DNA from: an uncultured Alphaproteobacteria bacterium
GTDB lineage: Bacteria > Pseudomonadota > Alphaproteobacteria > Acetobacterales > Acetobacteraceae
Direction: 5' to 3'
Assembly: GCA_963708585.1 (NCBI GenBank)
Contig: CAVPSW010000004.1
Span: 106,875-170,874, forward strand
Length of the DNA: 64,000 bases
In this document: piece after piece, positions 31,755 to 41,268 of the stretch
Layout: each line of letters opens with the position of its first letter
How positions within the stretch are numbered: position 1 is the first letter of the stretch
Notes under the pieces: generated by a model
Seen by the model: the letters and a program-made list of their open reading frames with translations, nothing else
Told to the model about the DNA's origin: nothing
Database searches by the model: none
Position numbers and translations under genes: made by a program

Positions 31755-32419
31755 AGATCACCTTGCGCCCACTTCCATTCGCCATCGCCGCGATGGCCCT
31801 GCTCGTGTCCGTGAAAACGGTAAACCTCGTCGAGGCGATCGACCTCGGCTCGCCGGCGCGCGCGGGCGAGCAGCACGCCGCCGCGCCGGCTGCTGCAAAA
31901 CCCGCTGCTGACCGGCCGCGCGCCCCCGAGCCGACCCAAGCGGCCGCTGCCCCCCCGGCTGAGCCGCCGATCAGCGACGCGGAGCGCGCGACGCTTCAGG
32001 ACCTGCGCGCGCGCCGGAAGGAGCTGGACGCGCGGGCCGCAGCGCTCGACGAGCGCGAAGCGATCCTTGCCGCCGCGGAGCAGCGGCTCTCCGACCGCGT
32101 CAAGGAACTTTCGGCGCTGCAAACCAAGCTCGAAGGCCTCGACAAGGCCCGTCACGAACGCGACGAGGCGAACTGGCGCGGGCTGGTCAAGACGTATGAA
32201 GCCATGCGCCCGCGCGACGCGGCCACGATCTTCAACGACCTCGACGGTCCCGTCCTCCTCCAGGTGCTCGATCGCATGAAGGAGGCGAAAGCCGCCCCGA
32301 TCCTGGCCGCGATGGCGCCCGAGCGCGCCCGCGCCGTGACCGCCCAACTCGCGCAGTATCGCGCCGAGGTCAGCGCCGCACCCCGGCTTGATCAGCCGGC
32401 CGGAGCGCAGAAGCCATGA
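31751..32419 (+). CDS. motE: MotE-family flagellar motility protein
   Basis: Intact. Signal/TM segment, coiled coil, and C-terminal ...MRPRDAATIFNDLDGPVLLQVLDRMKEAKAAPILAAMAPERARAVTAQLA (MgtE_N-like). Confidence 0.8.
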   Translation: MKITLRPLPFAIAAMALLVSVKTVNLVEAIDLGSPARAGEQHAAAPAAAKPAADRPRAPEPTQAAAAPPAEPPISDAERATLQDLRARRKELDARAAALDEREAILAAAEQRLSDRVKELSALQTKLEGLDKARHERDEANWRGLVKTYEAMRPRDAATIFNDLDGPVLLQVLDRMKEAKAAPILAAMAPERARAVTAQLAQYRAEVSAAPRLDQPAGAQKP

Positions 32420-35204
32420 GAGCCGTCGCCGCGATCTTGCTCGTTGCCGCTGCCCCGGCGTTCGCTGCCGCTGCCGCTGCCGCTGCCTCGGACGGACCGA
32501 GCTCTGGGCAACTAGTCCTGGACGTCCCTGTAACCGCGCACGTGTCCGTCACGCAGCACTCCAGCAAGGTCGAACTCAAAGTTCCCGCCGACACCAAGCT
32601 GAGCGCGCCGGACCCGCTGCCCCGCAACGTCGTCGCATTCGAAAGCTCCTCCGCGGGGCGCGGCGACCGTGACCGTGGTGCCCGGCTCGCACGTAAAGTG
32701 GAAGAAGCACGGCACGGTGCTCGTGCTCAATTTCCTCGATCCGCCCGCCCGGCCCGGCGCCGAGCCGGCCCGGGTCGAGACGGCACTGCCCCCAGCTCAA
32801 CCGCAAACGCCCGCCCCGGCTCCGCCCGCCTCCGCACCTCTCCCGCCGGCTCCGGCACCTGTTCCGGCCCCAGCCGCGGTCGCGCTGCCCCCGCCCCCGC
32901 CCGCGCCGGTGCCCGCCGCCGCGCCTCAAACCGCCCCCGCCCCGGCGCCTGCGCCAGTCACGACCGAGCAGCTTTCCCCGCCGCCGGCCGTTCCCGATCA
33001 GCCTGCCCCGACCGCTTCGCCCGCGCCGGCACCGCTTCGGCTTACGGCCGGCCCGGACGTAGGCGCCGCCGCGTTCCGGCGCGGGGACCTGGGCGTGGTC
33101 GTGTTCGATGACGACGTCGCGCCCGCAGCGTCGGATGCCGACAAGCTCGGCCCCGCCACGATCCAGCATCAAGGCCGAGCGACGATCGTGACCCTGCCGC
33201 TTGGCCGCCGACCAGTCTCTCGCGCTCGGCCGCGACGCGACCGGCTGGACGGTCCAGGCCGGGCCGGCGGCGGGCGCGCCGGCCGTGCAGTCCGCCGTGC
33301 CGGAGGGGATCGCCTTCGAGTTCGACCGCCCCGGTCGCGCCATGACGGCCCAGGACCCGGTCACCAAGCAGCTCCTGCTGATCGGCACGTCTCGTCTCCC
33401 CGGCGGGGAGCACGCCCGGGTTGCCATCGGTCGGTCTGCGCCCGGCTACGTCCTGCTCCCCACGTTCGTGGGCCTCGTGCTCGAACTGAGCTCGGACGCC
33501 GTCGATCTGCGGGCATCCTCCACCGGATTCGCGCTGGACGTTCCCGACCGCAACGATCCCAACAAGCTTGCCGACGCCCCGATCCGCGACAATCAGTTCG
33601 GCATTCCCAATGCGCCCGCTGCCGTGCTGGCCGAGCAGTTGCGGTCGGAGATGACCGAGGCCGCCAACACGCCGCCGCGCATGCGCGGGCCCGGTGCGAG
33701 TTGCCGCGGCCAAGACAATGCTCGCGATCGGAATGGCGGCGGAGGCGCAGGCGCTGCTGACCCTCGCAGCCAACGACGATCCCGGCGGTCGCCAACGATG
33801 CGGGGACCGCCGCCCTCTCCGGCATCTCTGCCGTGCTTGCCGGCCGTCCCGCCGAGGCTGCGGGCCTCGACAACCCCGCACTGCCGGACAACGACGAGAC
33901 CGCGCTCTGGCGCGGCCTGCGGGACGCGGCGCCAGGGCAAGCCTGCTCCTGCTCTCGCCAAAGCCGCGCCGCTCATCCCCGCTTACCCCGAGGCGATCCG
34001 TCGCGTGATCACGCCGCCGATCATGGAAGCGGCGGTCCTTGCCGGCATCCCGGTTCCGGCCGGGAGCTTGGAAGACCCGTCTCTCGCCTTCGCCCGGGCG
34101 CTGCAGAAGCAAAAATCCGGCGACACTGCGGGAGCGCTGGCCGCCTTCGACGCTCTCGCTGACGGCCGCGACGAGCGCGATTCCGTCCGCGCCTCCATCG
34201 CTGCGGCCGAGCTGCGGCTCGCCAACGGCAAGATCACCCCGGCCGCTGCCGCCGATCAGCTCGAACGGCAAACCGTTCGCTGGCGCGGTGACGAGCAGGA
34301 GCTCGCCTTGCGGCTCCGGGTTGCGGAGCTGCGCACCAAGGCGGGTCAGTGGCGGCCGGCGCTGGACTCCCTGCGCGAAACCGAGACGCGTGTTCCCCGC
34401 CGCCAAGGCGCGTGTGGCGCCGCTGAAGGCGGGCGTGTTCACCGCGCTGCTCGCGGCCGGCGACCAGGCCGTCAGCCCGCTCGAACTCGTCACCATCGCG
34501 CGCGAGTTCGCCGATTGCGTTCCGGCCGGGGCGGATGGTGAGCGCCTCGCCGGGCTTCTCGCCGACAAGCTCGTCGCGCTCGACCTGCCGTCCCGCGCCA
34601 TTCCCGTCTTGCACGACCTGGTCGACAAAGCGGCGTCGCCCTCCGCAAAGACCGAGTTCGCGCTCCGCCTTGCTCAGCTGCAGCTCGACGCCGGCGACCC
34701 GGCCAAGGCCCAAGCCGCGTTGGATGCCGTCGACGAGGCCTCGATGACGCCCGCGCGGGCCGAGCAGTCGGTCCCTCCTATCTGCCCGCATCGCCGCCGG
34801 TCGCGGCGATCTCGCGCGTGCGGCGGAGTTGCTGGCTCGCGTCGACACGCCTGCAGCGGCGGAGATGCGCGCCGGCTATCTTGCCAAGGCCGGCGACTGG
34901 CGTGGCAGCCTGGGCGCGATCGACAGCGTCGTCGCGCGAACCGTCCCCGAAACAGGCGAGCTGACCGCGCCACAGCAGGACCTGATCGCTTCGCGAGGCC
35001 ACCGCGGCGGTTCATGCCGGCGACGCCGACGCGCTGCATAGGCTGAAGCGGTTCGAAGCGCGGATGGCCGCTCCGCGGATCGATCTGTTCCGGGTGCTGA
35101 CCGCGACAGCCGTCGAGAGCTCTGACGATCTGCCTCGATCTGCAAGGGAACTCGCCATGACGCGCTTGTTGCCGGATCGTCTCGACGCGTTAAAGCTTCC
35201 CTGA
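32416..35204 (+). CDS. Large secreted protein: beta-rich N-domain, Pro/Ala-rich linker, TPR-like helical C-region (about 930 aa; many frame changes)
   Basis: The ATG at 32416 overlaps the motE stop. Signal peptide MRAVAAILLVAAAPAFAAAAAAAAS. The pieces lie in ORFs 32416.., 32669.., 33201.., 33694.., 34039... The last readable segment ...LKRFEARMAAPRIDLFRVL...LDALKLP* stops at 35204. Confidence 0.5.
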
Positions 35205-35364
35205 ACTTCGTCAGAGCGCCGGGCGAGGCGCCTTCTTCGCAATTTGTCCCCCGCCGCTCCTATTATCACTTGCCATACCCCCCCGCCGGCCCTATGTCCC
35301 GGCCTCTCTTGGCCCAAGGGGGCGATCCCGCCCAACAGGCTGTCTACTGGTTTGGGGGTACGTG

Positions 35365-35833
35365 ATGAACGCACTTGCTCAACTGGGGATGGTCTCGGAA
35401 TTTCCGAGCGAAAACCAGACGACGATTGCATCGGTTCCGAGCACTGTGGCCGAGGAGCGTAAAGACTACTTCGTCGAGAAGGATGGGCAGCGGTTCGCTG
35501 GCACGCATCTTCTCGTCGATCTTTGGGGTGCCGACAACCTGGACGATCCAGAGCTGATCGACGTTGCGCTTGCGCCAAGCGGCCACTCGCGCGGGCGCGA
35601 CGATCCTGCACAGCCACTTCCACCACTTCACGCCCAATGGCGGCGTGTCGGGCGTGGTGGTTCTGGCGGAGAGCCACATCTCGATCCATACGTGGCCCGA
35701 GCGTCGCTTCGCCGCGATCGACATCTTCATGTGCGGCGCCTGCAATCCGTACGATGCGGTCCCGGTGCTGCGGCAGACCTTCCACCCGGACCGGGTGGAT
35801 CTCAGCGAAGAGCGTCGCGGCCGCCTGCCCTGA
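35365..35833 (+). CDS. speD: S-adenosylmethionine decarboxylase proenzyme, small bacterial type (one frame change near 35570)
   Basis: ...[13 protein letters not shown]..., then ORF 35564..35833 with the self-processing/active region [14 protein letters not shown]. Confidence 0.85.
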
Positions 35834-36694
35834 GCGGGTGGTTCAACGAAGCGCTGTACCCCGATTGGGGGCAGCGCTTCCGTTCCGTGCGCGAACTCGT
35901 GCATGCACAGACGAAGTATCAGGACGTCCTGATCTTCGAAAGCGCTAGTCATGGGCGCGTGCTCGTGCTCGACGGCGCCGTCCAGATCACCGAAGCCGAT
36001 GAGTTCGTCTATCAGGAGATGCTGGCGCACGTGCCGATCCTCGCGCACGGCTCCGCGCGCCGCGTGCTGATCATCGGCGCCGGCGACGGTGGCGTGCTTC
36101 GCCGCGTCCTGCAGCATCGGACGATCGAGGAGGCCGTCATGGTCGAGATCGACGGCGAGGTGATCCGGCTCGTGCGCGAGCACATGCCCAGCATCGCGGG
36201 CGACGCCTGGAATGACCCGAGGGCGCGAGGTCATCGTCGGCGACGGGCTCGAATACCTCGCCAAGTCGCCGGACGGAACGTTCGACGTCATCATCGTCGA
36301 CAGCACGGACCCGGTCGGCGTCGGTGAGACGTTGTTCACCGAGGCGTTCTACGCCGATTGCGCGCGAGCGCTGACCCCGTCCGGCATCGTCGTCAACCAA
36401 GCGGGCGTCCCGTTCATGCAGGGCGAAGAACTCGCGGAGACGACCCGGCGCCGCGCCGCCGCGTTCCCGCACGTCTCGGCCTACGTCGCGGCCGTTCCCA
36501 CCTATGTCGGCGGGTTCATGGCGCTCGGCTTCGCCGCGAAGGCGCCCGGACTGGACGCTATCGAGCCGACCGAGCTTGCCCGGCGTGCGCCGAAGCGGCG
36601 GGAATCCTCGGCAAGCACGCATTACTGGACGCCCGACGTGCACGCGGCCGCATTCAAGCTGCCGCCCTACATCGCCGTCCTGCTTCGGCCCTGA
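35830..36694 (+). CDS. speE: Spermidine synthase (one frame change near 36215; start approximate)
   Basis: ...[15 protein letters not shown]...[22 protein letters not shown]...IIGAGDGG, then ORF 36212..36694 with [11 protein letters not shown]. Confidence 0.85.
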
Positions 36695-36695
36695 T

Positions 36696-38042
36696 CTACT
36701 CGGCCGCGGCGCGGTCCCGTTCGCGCCAAGCCGGCGTGGCGCGTCCGATGCCCCGATATTCGAACCCGACCTCCGCGAACGCTGCCGGCTCGAACACGTT
36801 GCGCAGGTCCATGATCAGCCGCCCGCGCATGGCGTCGCGCAGCCGGGACGGAGAGAGCGCCCGGAACTCGTTCCACTCGGTGACCACGACCAGCACGTCC
36901 GCACCGGACGCCGCGTCGTAGGCGTCACTGCAGAACTGCACAGACCCCGGCAGGATCGCCCGCGCCTGCGGCATGCCGACCGGGTCGAAGGCGCGGACAA
37001 CGGCGCCCTCCTCGGCAAGGCGGCATATGATCGGGATGCTCGGCGCGTCCCGCATGTCGTCCGTCTCCGGCTTGAACGTCAGCCCGAGCACCGCGATCAC
37101 CTTCCCATGCACGGAGCCGCCGCACGCCTGCATGATGCGCGCCGCCATGCGCGACTTCCGCGCGTCGTTGACCGCGACCGTGGCCTCGACCAGGCGAGAC
37201 GGAGCGCCCCAGTCCTGGGCGATCCGCATCAGCGCCAGCGTGTCCTTCGGGAAACAGCTGCCGCCGAATCCCGGCCCGGGATGAAGGAACTTGCGCCCGA
37301 TCCGGCCGTCCAGCCCGATCCCGCGCGCCACGTCATGCACATCGGCGCCGACGCGCTCGCACAGGTCGGCGATCTCGTTGATGAACGTGACCTTCATGGC
37401 CAGGAACGAGTTCGCGGCGTATTTCGTGAGCTCCGCCGCTTCCAGGCTGGTGAACAGGATCGGGGCCTCGATCAGGTAAAGCGGGCGATAAAGGCGTCGC
37501 AGGACCTCCCGGGCCCGCTCGCTCTCGGCGCCGATGACGACCCGGTCCGGCCGCATGAAGTCGCCGATCGCGCTGCCCTCGCGGAGGAACTCGGGATTGC
37601 TGGCGACGTCGAATTCGAGGTCGGGGCGGACCCGGCGCATGATCTCGGCGATGCGCCGCCCGGTCCCGACCGGCACCGTCGACTTCGTCACGACGACGGC
37701 ATAGCCGGTGAGCGCCCGCGCGACTTGCTCGGCTGCTGCGTTGACGTAGCTCACGTCGGCGTGCCCATCGCCGCGCCGGGTCGGCGTGCCGACGGCGATG
37801 AACACGGCTTCGACTCCGGCGACTGCGCTCGCGAGATCGGCACCGAAGCTGAGCCGGCCTGCCGCGACGTTTTCCGCCACCAGCCGGTCGAGGCCGGGCT
37901 CATAGATGGGAATGCGGCCTTGGTTCAGTGCCGCGAGCTTCGACGGGTCGGTCTCGACCACTGCAACCTCGACTCCGAGGTCGGCGAAGCAGGCGCCTGA
38001 CACCAGGCCCACATACCCGCCCCCGATCATCGCGATGCGCAA
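36696..38042 (-). CDS. ugd: UDP-glucose 6-dehydrogenase
   Basis: Intact 448 aa. MIGGGYVGLVSG, catalytic GFGGSCFPKD. Confidence 0.9.
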   Translation of the reverse strand: MRIAMIGGGYVGLVSGACFADLGVEVAVVETDPSKLAALNQGRIPIYEPGLDRLVAENVAAGRLSFGADLASAVAGVEAVFIAVGTPTRRGDGHADVSYVNAAAEQVARALTGYAVVVTKSTVPVGTGRRIAEIMRRVRPDLEFDVASNPEFLREGSAIGDFMRPDRVVIGAESERAREVLRRLYRPLYLIEAPILFTSLEAAELTKYAANSFLAMKVTFINEIADLCERVGADVHDVARGIGLDGRIGRKFLHPGPGFGGSCFPKDTLALMRIAQDWGAPSRLVEATVAVNDARKSRMAARIMQACGGSVHGKVIAVLGLTFKPETDDMRDAPSIPIICRLAEEGAVVRAFDPVGMPQARAILPGSVQFCSDAYDAASGADVLVVVTEWNEFRALSPSRLRDAMRGRLIMDLRNVFEPAAFAEVGFEYRGIGRATPAWRERDRAAAE

Positions 38043-38119
38043 ATCCAGCTCCCCTCAACGACCCGCGCAATCCAACACATCATAGCTGAAAGGGCCAGCG
38101 GGTGCCCGTTCGCTCGCGA

Positions 38120-38552
38120 TCATGGCAGGTCCGTGGCCCGCCGGCGTGGCCGATCGTCCAGCTCGCGTTGCTCCGCGCGCTCCTGCTTGCGGCGCAGGGC
38201 CTCTTTCTGTTCCCGTTGCAGCGTTTCCACGCTTTCGAGCGCGGTCCGGCACGCGGTCAGCTCGGCGCGCGCGCGGGCGGTCTCGGCCTGCCTGGATGCG
38301 AGCTGCCGTTGCGCCTCCTCCAGCTTGACGGCGGGCGCCGGGCAGCCAGGCGCCAAACGCCTCAACGACCGCGTCCGATCCGGCCGGGTCCGACGCCGCC
38401 TGCGTCTCCTCCGCAATGGTCCGTTCGATCATTTGGGCCGTCTGCTCGTCCTGCGCTCTCCGCGGCGAGGGCAGCTCGCGAGGCGACGCTGCGCCTCGTC
38501 GCACGCGAGTCGGCGGACTTTGATCAACGTCGCAGAGCGGATCACGCGCCAT
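38120..38552 (-). CDS. fliJ: Flagellar export chaperone FliJ-like coiled-coil protein (frame-broken)
   Basis: The ATG at 38552 overlaps the fliI stop. The C-terminal part is ORF 38120..38416 (...KLEEAQRQLASRQAETARARAELTACRTALESVETLQREQKEALRRKQERAEQRELDD...). Confidence 0.55.
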
Positions 38553-39922
38553 GATCGGCCGCCACAATCTCGGCCGAGGCGGGCAAACGGCCTCGTCCAG
38601 CGTGCTATGTTCGCCTTTTGGCTGGCTGATCAATCGTTCGATCAACGGCGCGATGCGAAGCGCTCGGTCGGCGGCCGGGTCGCTGCCGGGCTGATACGCG
38701 CCGAGGCGCACCAAGTCGCTCAGCTCGGCCTGAAGCGCGAGCGCCTCCCGGGCTCGCCGGACCGATTGCCGTTCAGCATCGGTCAGACAACCCGGCACGG
38801 TTCGCGACAGGGAGCGCAGCACGTCGACCGCCGGATAGCGCCCGGACTCGCCGATGCGGCGGTCGAGGATCACGTGTCCGTCGAGAATGCCGCGGACGGC
38901 GTCGGCAACGGGCTCGTTGTGGTCGTCGCCCTCGACCAGGACGGTGAAAATGGCGGTGATGTGCCCGCCGGTCTCTTCCGGACCCGGGCCAGCCCGCTCC
39001 AGCAGCCGCGGCAGTTCGGCAAACACGCTTGGAGGATAGCCGCGAGTCGCTGGCGGCTCGCCAGCCGCAAGGCCGATCTCGCGCAGCGCCAGGCAGAACC
39101 GGGTCACGCTGTCCATCAGCAGCAGGACGGACTTTCCCTGGTCGCGGAAATGCTCTGCCGACCGTCATCGCCGCATAGGCCGCCTCACGCCGCATCAGAG
39201 GGGGCTGGTCGGAGGTCGCCACGACAACGACGGAACGGGCCAGGCCGTCCGGGCCGAGGTCGTCCTCAAGGAACTCGCGCAACTCGCGCCCGCGCTCGCC
39301 GACCAGGGCGAGGACAATGACGTCGCAATCCGCCTGCTGCGCGAGCATGGACATCAGCGTCGATTTTCCGACGCCCGAGCCGGCGAACAAGCCCAGCCGT
39401 TGGCCGCTCCGGCAGGTCGCAAACAGGTCAAGCGCGCGCACGCCCAGGCCGATCCGCGGGCCAAGCCGGGCTCGGCGGGCCGCCGAGGGAGGGTCGGCGC
39501 GGACGCGTCGCGGCGGCGCCGCTCCCAAGCGCACCCAATCCGTCCAGCGGGGCCCCGAGCGGGTCGACGATCCGGCCCAGCCATCGCTCGCTCACGGAGA
39601 GGGTCGATCCGGGTTGCACTGCCATCCGCGCTGAAGCCGGCAATCGCCGCGGCGCCAGCCCCGAGCCCGGCCAAGTCCCCGAAGGCAAGGACGCGGGCCC
39701 GTTCGCCGCGAAAGGCGACAACCTCTGCGACCACCTCCGGCCCCGCCCTGGGCAGGAGGCGCGACGCGATCGCCAATGGCCAACAGGCCGGTCAGACCTT
39801 CCAGCTCTGCCGCGAGGCCCGAGACGGATGTAACCCGGCCGATGCACGCCGTTTCCGCCGCGCGCCGGAGCAGCTCGGGCGCCGTTCCGGAGGCGTTCTA
39901 CAACTGAGAGTTGCTGCACCAA
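38542..39922 (-). CDS. fliI: Flagellum-specific ATPase FliI (many frame changes; start approximate)
   Basis: Walker A GSGVGKSTLMSML (ORF 38773..39534). The MDSVTRF...REIGLAAGEPPATRGYPPSVF segment is in ORF 38055..39116. N-terminal pieces are in ORFs 39354..39776 and 39428..40030. Confidence 0.85.
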
Positions 39923-39935
39923 GATCGAGCGTCGT

Positions 39936-39990
39936 CCTTTTCCGCTCAGGACGGTAAGCGGAAAAGGCAAAGAGACGGTTAAGTCTCTTT
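39936..39990. repeat. Two adjacent perfect inverted repeats (11-bp and 8-bp stems) in the fliI leader / divergent promoter region
   Basis: ccttttccgct-caggacggta-agcggaaaagg (39936-39967) and aaagagac-ggttaa-gtctcttt (39969-39990), read directly. They lie in a locally AT-rich gap. Confidence 0.8.
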
Positions 39991-40079
39991 CTTGGGACAC
40001 ATCTGAGTGCGTTTTCGCGTGGACATACACACGTCATAGGTTGCATAATGCCTTAACAGTTCGCGATAAGGGGCAGCCG

Positions 40080-40831
40080 ATGCGAGTGCTGATGGTCGAA
40101 GATGACGCGCTCTCCAATAGGGGGCTGGTGCAGGCGCTTCGGGATAGCGGAGCGGTCGTCGAGCGGCTCGACAGCGGCGAAGAGGCGCTGGAGATGCTTC
40201 GGCACTACGAGTTCGACATTGTCATGGTCGAGCTGACCCTGTCGGACATCGAAGGCTACGAAGTCGTCCGCCGGATGCGGGCGGCGCGGGTGGACACTCC
40301 GGTATTGATGTTGTCGGCGCTGGTCCGCCCGCAGGCCAGGGTGAAGGCGTTTGCGATCGGTGCGGACGATTTCATCACCAAGCCGTATGACGTCTCCGAA
40401 TGCGTCGCGCGGATGCAGGCGGTCGTGCGGCGGAGCAAGGGGTTCAGCCAGTCGGTGCTGTCGGTCGGAGACGTCGAACTCAACCTGGACAGCCGGTCGG
40501 TGTCGGTCGCCGGGCCGTCCGGTCCATCTGACTGGCAAGGAATACGCGATCCTCGAGCTGCTCGTGATGCGCAAGGGCGATGGTGCTGACCAAGGAGGTG
40601 TTCCTGAACCACCTCTACGGCGGCATGGATGAACCGGAGGTGAAGATCATCGACGTCTTCATCTGCAAGCTGCGCAAGAAGCTGGCCGAGGCAGGCGCTC
40701 GCGACGTGATCGGCACCGTTTGGGGCCGCGGCTACACGGTGCGCGACCCGGCGCCGGTGCCGGCGAGCGCGTCCCCGTTCCGGGCAGAGCCAGTCCTTGC
40801 GGCGCGTGAAATGAGCCGGGTCGCAGCCTAG
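40080..40831 (+). CDS. CtrA-family (OmpR-type) response regulator with Glu at the phospho-acceptor position (two frame changes at 40510-40585)
   Basis: Receiver: MRVLMVEDD...[18 protein letters not shown]...MLSA...TKPY. DNA-binding domain: [18 protein letters not shown]...[34 protein letters not shown]...TVWGRGY, nearly identical in motif to CtrA. Codon GAG at 40230-40232 aligns with CtrA D51. Confidence 0.85.
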
Positions 40832-41268
40832 CGCTGCTTACCGTCGGGTTGCGAGGCTCGGTTCAGGCCAGGCCGAATTTCGGTCGACGTTCCCGGTGCC
40901 CGCAACAAGGCTTGGTTCGAGGACCCGGGTCCGCGTAGTGCGGGGCTGAGCGCACCAGGAGGGGCAAACCGCGAAAGGCCATGGTCGCGCTCCGGACGGA
41001 GCGGTGCCAACGGGCAGGGTGGGAGACGCGGTTAACCGCTGCAGACCATTCCCGTGGCCTTCCAAGGTCCAGCCAGTGTGCGATCACCCCTGTCCTGCCA
41101 GGAGCGCCGCAAACGACAGAGCAGTCGGCGGGCCATGATCCGACGTTCCAAGCCGCGGTGCGCCGGCGCTGACGGCGCCCGAAGCCGCGCTGAACGGAAA
41201 CCGCCGTGCTTGCCAGCGGGCGCGGCGGGCGGCACTGTTTTGCGGTGCAATCTGTGGCGAGGCGGCCG
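40832..41268 (+). other. 437-bp non-coding GC-rich gap upstream of the ABC binding-protein gene; possible structured leader or sRNA, class unassigned
   Basis: No protein-like ORF in any frame. There are several short GC helices, e.g. gagcgcacc...ggt(c)gcgctc at 40969-40992. Confidence 0.25.

Noticed and set aside
32464-33010. Simple-sequence repeats, (GCTGCC)4 at 32464-32487 and a long CCG/GCC-rich stretch at 32760-33010, considered as an array or contingency locus.
   Set aside because: They are coding low-complexity sequence inside the large flagellar-locus ORF: a poly-Ala signal peptide and a Pro/Ala linker. They are not a spacer-repeat structure.
35215-35245. A rho-independent terminator after the large flagellar-locus gene: GCGCC-gggcga-GGCGC followed by CTTCTTCGCAATTT.
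   Set aside because: It has only a 5-bp stem and an interrupted T tract, which is too weak to report as a feature.
40969-41000. c-di-GMP-I (GEMM) riboswitch-like string GCGCACCAGGAGGGGCAAACC-GCGAAAGG.
   Set aside because: The flanks of the GAAA loop are not complementary (CCGC/GGCC). The conserved ACGCAAAGCC element and the second hairpin are absent.
40880-41115. Cobalamin riboswitch, suggested by CCCGCAAC (40899) and GCCAGGAG (41098).
   Set aside because: The core GGGAA...GGTG...CC elements are missing on the plus strand. CACTGG...GGAAGGC occurs only on the antisense strand and in the wrong order. No gene lies downstream in that orientation.
40911-41140. Possible two-piece (permuted) alphaproteobacterial tmRNA: GGTTCGAGG, GGGGCTGA (40962) and GCAAACGAC (41109), which would encode ANDRAVGGP*.
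   Set aside because: No proper T-arm (GGTTCGAnTCC with a complementary stem) or acceptor/CCA context is present. The putative tag lacks the hydrophobic (L/V)AA end. The spacing from GGGGCTGA is too long.
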